Notes under the pieces: generated by a model
The model's input: only the letters and a program-made list of their open reading frames with translations
Databases searched by the model: none
Told to the model about the DNA's origin: nothing
From: Corallochytrium limacisporum Hawaii
Taxonomy: Eukaryota; Protista; Pluriformea
Length of the DNA stretch: 64,000 bases
Assembly (NCBI GenBank): GCA_002811645.1
Contig: PDIP01000022.1
Span: forward strand, 89,375-153,374
Direction of reading: 5' to 3'
Position numbers and translations under genes: made by a program
Part shown: piece by piece, positions 21,668-30,950 of the stretch
How the letters are laid out: every line of letters begins with the position of its first letter
Position numbering within the stretch: position 1 is the stretch's first letter

Positions 21668-24532
21668 ATGGCGGATACACAGTGGACTGCAAAGAATGTA
21701 CGCGATGCGTACATAAACTTTTACAAAGAACGGGGACATACCTTCTGGCCCAGCAGCAGCACCATTCCCCACGATGATCCAACCTTGCTGTTTGCGAACG
21801 CGGGCATGAACCAGTACAAGCCCATTTTCCAGGGGATTGTCGATCCCAAGAGTGAAATGGCTAAGTTGAAGCGTGCTACTAACAGTCAAAAGTGCATTCG
21901 TGCTGGAGGCAAACACAACGATCTTGACGACGTTGGTAAGGATACATATCACCACACTTTCTTCGAGATGTTGGGAAACTGGTCGTTCGGGGACTACTTT
22001 AAGCAAGAGGCCATCGAGTGGGCCTATGAACTATTGACCAAGGTCTATGGCCTAGATCCGGAGCGCATGTATGCGTCATACTTTGGTGGTAATGAGGAGG
22101 CAGGTCTGCCCGCCGATCTGGAGGCGCGCGACATTTGGCTTGGCATCGGTCTGCCGGAGTCTCGCGTGCTGCCGTTCGGAATGAAGGACAATTTCTGGGA
22201 AATGGGAGACACGGGCCCATGCGGTCCATGCTCAGAAATCCACTACGACCGCATCGGAGGCAGAGATGCGGCTGCGCTGGTAAATGCGGACGATCCTAAT
22301 GTGATTGAGATCTGGAACCTCGTGTTCATTCAATTCAATCGTGAAGCTGACGGGAGCTTGAAACCTTTGCCCATGAAACATGTAGACACAGGCATGGGTC
22401 TTGAGCGTGTTGTGTCCATCCTGCAGAACAAGACGTCCAACTACGACACGGACGTGTTCATGCCAATTTTCAAGGCGATAGAAGAAAAGACGGGATCCCC
22501 GGCCTACCGTGGTCGCCTTGGCGCCGACGATACAGACGACGTTGACATGGCATACCGCGTTGTAGGCGACCACATCCGCACTCTCTGTATTGCTCTGGCC
22601 GACGGTGGTCTGCCAGGCAATGCTGGACGTGACTACGTCCTCCGCCGCGTGCTGCGCCGTGGCATTCGCTACGCGACGGAGAAGCTGAACGCCGAACCAG
22701 GCGTATTTGCATCTTTGCACGAAATCGTAGCTGATTCACTGGGCCATTTCTTCCCAGAACTGTGCAAGGATCCCGAACACATTAAGGAGGTCATCAACGA
22801 AGAGGAGGAGCAATTCCTGCGCACCCTTGCTCGCGGTCGACGTCTCTTGGAGCGTGCCGCGGCAAAGACAGACGGTGACACCCTGGCTGGTGACGTGGCC
22901 TGGAAGCTCTACGACACATACGGTTTCCCCGCCGATCTGACGGAAATGATGGCCAACGAACGGGGCTTGAAGATCGATAAGGTCGCCTTTGAGGAGGCAC
23001 GTGCACAAGCCATTGAGGCGTCCAAGGGTGCGGGAAAGGGTGCTGGTGAGACAGTGGCACTGGACGTCCACGCCATTGCCAAGCTCAAGGAGGACGGCGT
23101 CGCACCGACTAACGACGCCATCAAGTACGACTACGAGGACGGTGATTTTAAGTCGGCCAAAGCCAAGGTGATCGCAATTCACAATGCCAATGGCGAGTTT
23201 CTCGACCGCATCGATGACAGTGTCAACAATCGCATCGGTCTCGTGCTTGACTGCACGTCGTTCTACGCCGAGTCTGGTGGTCAGATTTACGACACGGGCT
23301 TCATCACATCCTCTGCCGGTGACAACGAGACAGAATTCGCTGTGGAGAATGTTCAGGTCTACGGTGGGTACGTCCTGCACGTCGGTACTATTGGCACCGG
23401 TGCACTGGCACTCGGCGACGAAGTCGTGACAACCATCGACACCGACCGGCGCAAGCCCGTCATGAACAACCACACGGCGACGCATGTTCTGAACTTTGCA
23501 CTGCGCAAGGTCCTGGGTGAGGCAGATCAGAAGGGATCCTTGGTTCTTGCTGACCGTCTGCGTTTTGATTTCACTTACGGCAAGGCTATGACTGCGCAGC
23601 AGATTGCTGAGGTGGACAAGATCTGTAAGGAAGTTATTGATGCCAACAAGAAGGTCTATAAGGACTTCGCACCGCTAGCCACCGCCAAGGAGATTCATGG
23701 CCTGCGTGCAATGTTCGGCGAGACTTATCCAGACCCAGTGCGTGTAGTGAGCGTTGGTGTGCCTGTCGCGGACGTTGTTGCGGATCCCTACAACAAGGAA
23801 TGGGCTACTACCAGCATTGAATTCTGTGGAGGCACACATGTGGTAACGACTGGAGACATTGATGACTTTGCCACCATCAGTGAAGAGGCTATTGCTAAGG
23901 GCATTCGTCGCGTCAACTGCGTGACCGGCAAGAAGGCACGGGCTGCCCGGGCTGTGGCTGCCGAGAAGCAGAAACTAATCGATGCGCTCAAGGCACTGAC
24001 TGTTGAGCAACGCATGAAAAAGATCGTTGAGGTCATTTCCGAGATTGACCAGGCCGTCATTCCATACGCAGACAAGGACCGGATGCGTGAGGAACTCAAG
24101 GGGCTCAAGAAGGAGTGCGACAACTTTGACAAAAAGCGCAAAGCTGCGCAGGCCGCCGAGGCTGAAAAGGCGATGAAGGCTGCCATAGAGGCAAGCCCGG
24201 AAGCCAAGTTTTACATTCTAAAGCTGGACGTCGGCGCAAACCAGAAGGCGTTCCAGGGCTGCTTCAATCTGTGCAAGAAACAGGCACCCAGTGCTCCTGT
24301 TTGTCTATTGTCTGGCGATGCCGAGACCAGCAAGTGCATGGTCAGTGCTGCTGTTCCGAAGGCAGTCACTGGCACCATCAAAGCCAACGAATGGGTCGAC
24401 CAAGCTGCTGCGTTGATCGAGGGCAAGTCCGGCGGACGGGAGATGCAGGCCATGTGCAACGGTTCCAACTACGCCGCCCTCGAGGATGCTTACAACGCTT
24501 GCAAGGCCTACGCTGAAAAGATCCTTGCCTAG
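21668..24532 (+). CDS. AARS1: Alanyl-tRNA synthetase (eukaryotic cytosolic type)
   Basis: DDPTLLFANAGMNQYK, QKCIRAGGKHNDL, HHTFFEMLGNWSFGDYFK, DTGMGLER; editing motifs HTATH and EFCGGTH; C-Ala domain. Confidence 0.99.
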   Translation: MADTQWTAKNVRDAYINFYKERGHTFWPSSSTIPHDDPTLLFANAGMNQYKPIFQGIVDPKSEMAKLKRATNSQKCIRAGGKHNDLDDVGKDTYHHTFFEMLGNWSFGDYFKQEAIEWAYELLTKVYGLDPERMYASYFGGNEEAGLPADLEARDIWLGIGLPESRVLPFGMKDNFWEMGDTGPCGPCSEIHYDRIGGRDAAALVNADDPNVIEIWNLVFIQFNREADGSLKPLPMKHVDTGMGLERVVSILQNKTSNYDTDVFMPIFKAIEEKTGSPAYRGRLGADDTDDVDMAYRVVGDHIRTLCIALADGGLPGNAGRDYVLRRVLRRGIRYATEKLNAEPGVFASLHEIVADSLGHFFPELCKDPEHIKEVINEEEEQFLRTLARGRRLLERAAAKTDGDTLAGDVAWKLYDTYGFPADLTEMMANERGLKIDKVAFEEARAQAIEASKGAGKGAGETVALDVHAIAKLKEDGVAPTNDAIKYDYEDGDFKSAKAKVIAIHNANGEFLDRIDDSVNNRIGLVLDCTSFYAESGGQIYDTGFITSSAGDNETEFAVENVQVYGGYVLHVGTIGTGALALGDEVVTTIDTDRRKPVMNNHTATHVLNFALRKVLGEADQKGSLVLADRLRFDFTYGKAMTAQQIAEVDKICKEVIDANKKVYKDFAPLATAKEIHGLRAMFGETYPDPVRVVSVGVPVADVVADPYNKEWATTSIEFCGGTHVVTTGDIDDFATISEEAIAKGIRRVNCVTGKKARAARAVAAEKQKLIDALKALTVEQRMKKIVEVISEIDQAVIPYADKDRMREELKGLKKECDNFDKKRKAAQAAEAEKAMKAAIEASPEAKFYILKLDVGANQKAFQGCFNLCKKQAPSAPVCLLSGDAETSKCMVSAAVPKAVTGTIKANEWVDQAAALIEGKSGGREMQAMCNGSNYAALEDAYNACKAYAEKILA

Positions 24533-24749
24533 TGGCCCTTAAAAGGAATCCTGCTCATACATAGTTCCAGGACAACACGTCGTTCCGCGTCAGCTCCAAA
24601 ATCACTATCGTGTCACAATACAAAGTTCTAACAGGCGCGCCGATTTCTCCTTCTCCCTCTTTCAGCGGTTTCGTGACGTGGTAACACCTCCTTGCTCACC
24701 ACGGCCCCTTTGGCTCCCCCCGGCCCCCCACCCCCCGGACCAGCGGGCC

Positions 24750-24945
24750 NNNNNNNNNNNNNNNNNNNNNNNNNNNNNNNNNNNNNNNNNNNNNNNNNNN
24801 NNNNNNNNNNNNNNNNNNNNNNNNNNNNNNNNNNNNNNNNNNNNNNNNNNNNNNNNNNNNNNNNNNNNNNNNNNNNNNNNNNNNNNNNNNNNNNNNNNNN
24901 NNNNNNNNNNNNNNNNNNNNNNNNNNNNNNNNNNNNNNNNNNNNN
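24750..24945. other. Assembly gap with duplicated flank CCGGACCAGCGGGCC in C-rich DNA
   Basis: The same 15-mer occurs at 24735 and 24946. Confidence 0.95.
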
Positions 24946-25404
24946 CCGGACCAGCGGGCCGTCCCCTCCCCCCCTCCGTTCCAGAAGAAAAGGCACTCGC
25001 ACCGACAATTTGATTTCCATGGGGATGTTGACACGTGAAGCTGCTTGTAGAAGAGCAGATGTGTGACATGAATGCAAGGTACTTCTCGAGATGTGTACTT
25101 TGTTTGATCCTTTTTCTCTTTGGCCTGTAAATATTGCATCAGCAATAAAGAGATACTTTGGATTTGTGCTAATCGGGGACATACAAACCGGACAATAGTA
25201 TAATCCGAGGTTGGCCTTACTGGTTACAAAGTTTTCGACAGCAGGTTTCACATGAGGGACTAAACATGTGTGTCAGACTGTTCCGTGAATTTTAGCTTGC
25301 GGCAAAGAGTTTCTAGTGCAACACTGCATACTTTCAGAAGTGGATCGTCTTCGACGAGATTGTAAGGGAAATTGGAGTAGCCGTAGAGAGCAATCAACGG
25401 ACCC

Positions 25405-26331
25405 ATGTCCCTGGCACAGCAACCAAGGATGAGCTCACAGGAGATGTCACTGGGCTTGCTGGATCATAAGCCGTCTCGCTTGCTCATCATGAGCATTGCG
25501 ATGGTGTCCTTCTTGCTCTTCACTTTCTCGCAGTATGCTATTGAAAGCAGCTGCGGCTATCCTCAGTACAACCGCTACGAGAATCCGGACCACCTTGGCG
25601 ACGCATGGCTTCACAAAGGCTGGCGTAGTCTCATGTTTATCTGGATGCCGCGGTTCATAATGTTTTCGCAAGCCTTCTTCCTGATTTACTTGAGCCGGTT
25701 GCCGTTCTGCGAAGTCAAGGCCGCACACGCCGCCCAGGCCGGACCGTACATTAGCATCAGTTTTCGCAATGCCTTTGGGATTGGTCTTGACTACGCGGTC
25801 GCGACAGTGACTTACTTCGTGGGCGAGGCACTTGTGCACTTCTACAAACGCAGGTACAGCATGGACTATGCATGTAAGAAGGACGGCCAGGGCAACAGTC
25901 CCAGTGGGCATGCTTTCTACGCCGCGTGGATGATGATCATGCTCATATTTTTCCATGTACAGTACGTAGCACGTATCCCGGAATGTCGGAACCCACCATC
26001 AGTAGTAGTCGGCTCCACACCGCGCATCCTCACAGCTGCACAGGTCTTTGGTACCCTGTTGGTCATGCTGCCCGAGCTCGTTACCACATACCACTACGGC
26101 TACCACTCCACGGCACAAATGATACAGGGCGCATCGCTCGGTGTGTGCTGGGCCGTTGTGTGCGGTTTCCTGGTCGCGCAAGCACAGAAAAGCAGCCTGC
26201 ACCTTACTCGACACGACGGACGTCTGGCTTCTTCAACGGTAGGTGATGATGGCCATGGCAACAGAAAATCGGAGCCACATCAAGGGAAGCAGATTCATCC
26301 GCTCAACGGTCGCCGAGGAAAGCGAGAATGA
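25405..26331 (+). CDS. PAP2/lipid-phosphate-phosphatase-like multi-pass membrane protein (degenerate motifs)
   Basis: C2 motif PSGH; C3-like TTYHYGYHSTAQMIQG (DOLPP1-like xRxYLxYHTxxQ); about six hydrophobic segments. Confidence 0.7.
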   Translation: MSLAQQPRMSSQEMSLGLLDHKPSRLLIMSIAMVSFLLFTFSQYAIESSCGYPQYNRYENPDHLGDAWLHKGWRSLMFIWMPRFIMFSQAFFLIYLSRLPFCEVKAAHAAQAGPYISISFRNAFGIGLDYAVATVTYFVGEALVHFYKRRYSMDYACKKDGQGNSPSGHAFYAAWMMIMLIFFHVQYVARIPECRNPPSVVVGSTPRILTAAQVFGTLLVMLPELVTTYHYGYHSTAQMIQGASLGVCWAVVCGFLVAQAQKSSLHLTRHDGRLASSTVGDDGHGNRKSEPHQGKQIHPLNGRRGKRE

Positions 26332-26900
26332 AGGCGTTCGTGTCAGCGGATGTGATTCGGATGCGTTCGGTTATCACCATGAGTGCAGGCTTAGAACCAT
26401 GCATGCAGACGCGGATACGGGGGAAAGCCACGATGGAAACCGTATGTCACCACCATCGTGCCCAGGCAATCAAAAGCCGCTCGTTGCAACCCCCCCCCTT
26501 CTCCTGCTCACACTCTGATGAGGCATTCAGTTCCTGATTCTGATGGGATCTAGCAATTTTTGTGACGTGTCTTCCAATACACTTTGTACGTGAACCGCTC
26601 CGGGGGAAGAAACCTGGGGAGGGGTGGCTGGTGGGGAGGAGGGAGAACACCACCCCACACTATGCAAACAACCTAAAATGGTTATAGCCTCTCCCGCAAC
26701 AAATCCAAGATATCATAAATCAATTAAATATATAAAATTTCGATCAACTAGTATATATTATTTACCGGTATATAATGATCAATCAAAAGAACAACTACAA
26801 ACACAATTTGCAATCTGGATTCTTCTTTCCTCTCCGAAAAGATGAGCAGGGGAGAGAGACTGGGCCGGGACTTTTTCTCTGTTTTCGCTATTATTCCACT

Positions 26901-26929
26901 CCCCCCCCCCGGGCGGGGGGGGGCGGGGG
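26901..26929. promoter_or_regulatory. C10-G3CG9CG5 tract
   Basis: Member of the recurrent C-run/G-run intergenic element. Confidence 0.4.
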
Positions 26930-27190
26930 ACTGGGCAGCCCGGGTAACTCCTCAGTACCCACCCTTCCTTTTTTTTTTTTGCGGTGGAAGGCCGGTTGGT
27001 TGGTTCCGAAAGACATTCTTTGTTTGAGGCAACCATAAAAATACCCCCCATCGCCGCAGTTACGCGCAAAACCTCCCCCTTCCTCCCGGGGGATCTTCGG
27101 CTCTCTCTTTCTTTCTGTTTGATTACATTTTTCTTGGTAATTGCGAGTCTTCCCACCAACCCACTTCCCCCTTCCTGCTCTCTTTGCCTG

Positions 27191-27211
27191 CCCCCCCCCC
27201 CGCGGGGGGGG
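27191..27211. promoter_or_regulatory. C11-GC-G8 tract
   Basis: Member of the recurrent C-run/G-run intergenic element. Confidence 0.4.
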
Positions 27212-27348
27212 AATATCTCAATTACTGCGATCGCTGTTTGCTTAGTGAAGTGTTTTATTCATTTTTTTTTTCTTTTTGGGTTCCGATCCAAGGGTGGCCG
27301 TACGTGTTTACGCCTATCACCAAAGACGGGCGAAAAATAAAAACGGGA

Positions 27349-27434
27349 GACGACGACGACGACGACGACCACGAGTGCGAGCGAGCGAGCGACAGAGAGA
27401 GCGAGAGAGAGAGAGAGACAGAGAGAGAGAGAGA
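27349..27434. repeat. Compound microsatellite (GAC)7 with GA-rich repeats
   Basis: Seen directly. Confidence 0.9.
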
Positions 27435-27939
27435 GGGGGAGAAGGCAACACTTCACTTAATCCCGACCAAGCCAAAAAAAAGCCAATAAGAAATACAAAG
27501 GAAAGAAATTGGAATGAAAGATCAAACACCCACCAACCCACAAAGGATGCTGCTGCTATGTTTCAAGGACACCAGTTTTCTCATCGCATTTTCCAACAAA
27601 GAAAGGGAAGACAGGTTTTAGGCACGATCTTCCTTTGCTGCGACAAAGTTCCAAGGTAAAAAGTAGGTAATGCGGCCAGTGGTCAACAAAACACATGGGC
27701 CATACTGGACAAGATTGCACAAAAATGGGGCGAGAGAAGTTGGAGGGTGGGTGGAGGAGGGAGAGGGGGAGGGGTGGGGAGGCGATGATGGACCAGAAAG
27801 ATAAGAGGGACACAGGCGATTTCAGGGGCAGCCGTTTCTTGAAAGAAGCAGGAAGAGGCGGACAAAACGCAAAGAGCGAGCCACGGTTTTGAGGTTTGGG
27901 GAAAGGCGGTAGCCAGCGAGACGCGAGAGAGTGTACACG

Positions 27940-27970
27940 CACACACACACACACACACACAGAGAGAGAG
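27940..27970. repeat. (CA)n(GA)n microsatellite
   Basis: Seen directly. Confidence 0.9.
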
Positions 27971-28252
27971 GAGAGCTCCAGACCCGACCCACCCAAGAAT
28001 TTTTATGGCGTTCGCGGTAGTGAACATTGTTCCTTGGTTGGTGGAATGGACCATGAATGGGCAAGGAAGGAAGGGGAGCGATATCTTTTGGGTTCTGAAA
28101 GGAAGACAGTCACCGGCACCTGCTATTTCATGCGATGGTACAAGTCGTGACTTACAATAGTACACGCGAATGTGGTGTTCTATATAGGTTCGATTGATCT
28201 ACAGAACGGTGGACATAACGGTAGAACCCAACTGGATCGCTCGGCACACAGG

Positions 28253-29149
28253 ATGAGTACCAACCCGTACGCTCAACAGCCCGCACCAGGTGGCTACCCT
28301 GCGCAACCGCAGGCAGGCTACCCTCAGGGCTACAACCAGGTTCCCCCTGGATATCCAGGTGCTGCTCCTGCCTACCCCGCGACTGCACCGGCTCCCGGTG
28401 GCTACCCTGGTGCACCTCCCCCGACCTACCCAACAGCGGGTCAGCCAGTGCCGCCAGCAGGAGGCTATGCCGGGCCCACGGCAGGGATGCCTGTGCCACA
28501 GCCCGGGATGCCCCAGGGGGGGCCACCGACGGCCATGACGCTGACATTGTTGTGGACAGACATGCAAAACCTTGGTCTCTATTCTGAGGTTTTCCCGGAC
28601 GCTTTGCTCAAGGACAAGATTGCGCCCCAGGAGTATCAACGGGTCATGCAAGCCATTAATGCCATCCTCCGGAAGTGGAACAGCGAATTTTCTGAGTACG
28701 CCAATAAGCAGAACAAGGTCTGGTGCTGTGCACTGCTGACATGCTGCCTGCTGTGTCCGTGTGCATGCATTTGGACAACGTGCGCGGCGCCCGGTGTGCA
28801 GAAGCGGTCCCAGGAACATCAGCAGCGTCTCCAACAGTTTGTCGCGGACACAAACAGCGCGTGGATGAGTCAAGCGGGTGTTTCTATCTCTGTTCAGATG
28901 AAGCCGGCCAATGAAGTCCATCCCGAAGGGGCACCGCAGGGCAACCCGGAGCTCATGAAGGCGCAAATGTATCGCAAGCTCATCCAGCAAGAACCGGTCC
29001 TCTACTTTAACGTCAACAGCACTGGTGCTGCTACTGGTGCGGGTGCTAAGCCTCCGGCCGGCGGATACGGAGCTAACGGCCCACCGCAACCTCAGCCTGT
29101 CGTGAATACTAACACCAACCCACCTCCTTCCGCAGCCACAGGTGCGTGA
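28253..29149 (+). CDS. CHIC/Erf4/GOLGA7-domain cysteine-rich protein with P/G/Y-rich N-terminus
   Basis: YSEVFPDALLKDKIAPQEYQRVMQAINAILRK...WCCALLTCCLLCPCACIW resembles CHIC2 [31 protein letters not shown]...LCGCLCCCC. First ATG at 28253. Confidence 0.72.
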   Translation: MSTNPYAQQPAPGGYPAQPQAGYPQGYNQVPPGYPGAAPAYPATAPAPGGYPGAPPPTYPTAGQPVPPAGGYAGPTAGMPVPQPGMPQGGPPTAMTLTLLWTDMQNLGLYSEVFPDALLKDKIAPQEYQRVMQAINAILRKWNSEFSEYANKQNKVWCCALLTCCLLCPCACIWTTCAAPGVQKRSQEHQQRLQQFVADTNSAWMSQAGVSISVQMKPANEVHPEGAPQGNPELMKAQMYRKLIQQEPVLYFNVNSTGAATGAGAKPPAGGYGANGPPQPQPVVNTNTNPPPSAATGA

Positions 29150-29530
29150 GTGTGGTAGCTCGTGGTCATCAACCACTGCCAATACATGTCTTATAGACCA
29201 ATACTGGTGCTTATTACATGAGTTAGAAGTCGATGAAAGACGACATGGGCTATAGAGTTCATGTCACTAAGATATCTCTGGCTCAAAACATCATGATCCG
29301 AAGCATGTCCTGTGCATGGATACAGCTACAGGGACCCATCTCCTCGAGGCATTTCTTTTGTGCTGGAGGGTCCCCTTTCAAGTGCTTTTCTGCTGCGTAG
29401 TTTATCACAAAGACTAACATGCTAGGAACATGCAGAAGTGTTCAAATTCCACCAGATAGTTGTGAAGCTCATGCATAATGTCTTGGTGCAAAAATGCAAA
29501 AAAAAAAAAAAAAAACAGGAAAAAAAATGG

Positions 29531-29576
29531 CTCGGCATCCGGGAATCGAACCCGGGTCTTCCGCGTGACAGGCGGA
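29531..29576 (-). pseudogene. Partial tRNA-Asp (3' 46 nt only), 87-bp tandem duplication
   Basis: Identical to the anticodon arm through 3' end of the adjacent tRNA-Asp; lacks the 5' acceptor strand and D arm. May be an assembly artefact. Confidence 0.6.
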
Positions 29577-29617
29577 AAAAACGAAAAAAAAAAAAAAAAA
29601 AACAGGAAAAAAAATGG

Positions 29618-29689
29618 CTCGGCATCCGGGAATCGAACCCGGGTCTTCCGCGTGACAGGCGGAGATACTTACCACTATACTAATGCCGA
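29618..29689 (-). tRNA. tRNA-Asp(GTC)
   Basis: TCGGCAT/ATGCCGA acceptor with G73; TCCGC-CTGTCAC-GCGGA anticodon arm; CCGGG-TTCGATT-CCCGG T arm; long oligo-T downstream. Confidence 0.96.
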
Positions 29690-30224
29690 TGTGTAACGCC
29701 AGCTAATGGGTAGCTGTTAAAGGATGGAGAAAAATAAATATATAAATAGCTGGGCAATCTGCTAGGTCCCATAGCACCCGTCCACTCTGGCTTGTCTCGA
29801 CCGCCCGAGTACCTGGGCTAGACCGATAGTAACTTGATGTTTGGCAACCATCAGAGACAGCAGGTTGATGCAAGACGCATGTTCCTGTTCAGTATGGATT
29901 GGATGTCATGATGGTACATGTGTCCAAATGCTACCCTGATATCTCACGTCCGGTGGGATGGATCTCGAAGGCAACTGATTCTGCCAGCCAACCAGGGGCC
30001 TCTAAAAAAAAAGGAAAAAAAATAACTCGTTGAGAGAGAGGAGTGGGCACATTGGTGGGCCGATGACTGATAAACACAATACAACGACGACATTACTGTA
30101 ATGATGGACATGTTCGGAGCATGCAGAAGTGCTCAAACTCCACCAGATGGTTGTGAAGCTCATGCATAACGTCTTGGTGCAAAAAAAAGAAAAAAAAAAG
30201 AAAAAAAAAAGGAAAAAAAAATGG

Positions 30225-30296
30225 CTCGGCATCCGGGAATCGAACCCGGGTCTTCCGCGTGACAGGCGGAGATACTTACCACTATACTAATGCCGA
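30225..30296 (-). tRNA. tRNA-Asp(GTC), second full copy
   Basis: Identical 72-nt sequence; oligo-T terminator at 30213-30221. Confidence 0.96.
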
Positions 30297-30670
30297 TGTG
30301 TTACGCCAGCTAATGGGTAGCTGTAAGGAAGGGAGAAAAATAAATATATGAATAGCAGATAGACCTCCTGGGCGGGAAAATGTCGAGTTAGTGGGACATG
30401 GTCTTTCTTTAGAGGCAATTGGCCGTCCATTTGCGAAACGATTAGCTACATCTGGCGAGAAGATGATGCCGTGTGCATGCACTGCATGCTCGTGATACAG
30501 ATCTGAAGTCTGAGCTGGCAAACCCATTCCGCCCCCGGACCACAGCGCGACCTCTGTGTTGTCGGGTTGGGTGGCCCCCATGGTCAGTTTTCTGTCCGTT
30601 GCGAAGGTGAGTTTTGGGAGACGGGAGCAGAGGACGGGGGAGAATCATCGGGGGGACAATTTTCTTTTTT

Positions 30671-30706
30671 TCTCTCCCTCTCTCTCTCTCTCTCTGTGTG
30701 TGTGTG
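30671..30706. repeat. (CT)n(GT)n microsatellite upstream of synaptojanin
   Basis: Seen directly. Confidence 0.85.
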
Positions 30707-30950
30707 TCTGGTGTGGGTGGGCTGGTCTGAGTCCCCGGGGAGCGTCCGATCTCGCTGTGGAGATATCGAAACGCGCAAATAACAAACAAACGAAACTAAG
30801 CTGCGAAAAGGTAAAGCTATGTCACGGATCTTACGGAAACAGGCAGTGGCAAATCCAAATAAAAAACATAGACCAGGGAAATAACACTTACCACAGAAAA
30901 TAATCATGACTTAGGGATATCGTAACAGTAGAAACAATAACTGACCAGAG

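Larger units (their letters stand above)
29417..30356. repeat. Direct duplication of the tRNA-Asp cassette including both flanks (29417-29750 vs 30108-30356)
   Basis: About 75-nt left flank with 7 substitutions; about 60-nt right flank with a few differences. Confidence 0.9.

Noticed and set aside
7094-24532. tRNA-Ala array lies 14 kb from alanyl-tRNA synthetase
   Set aside because: Three unrelated genes intervene and tRNA genes are multi-copy, so there is no evidence of functional linkage.
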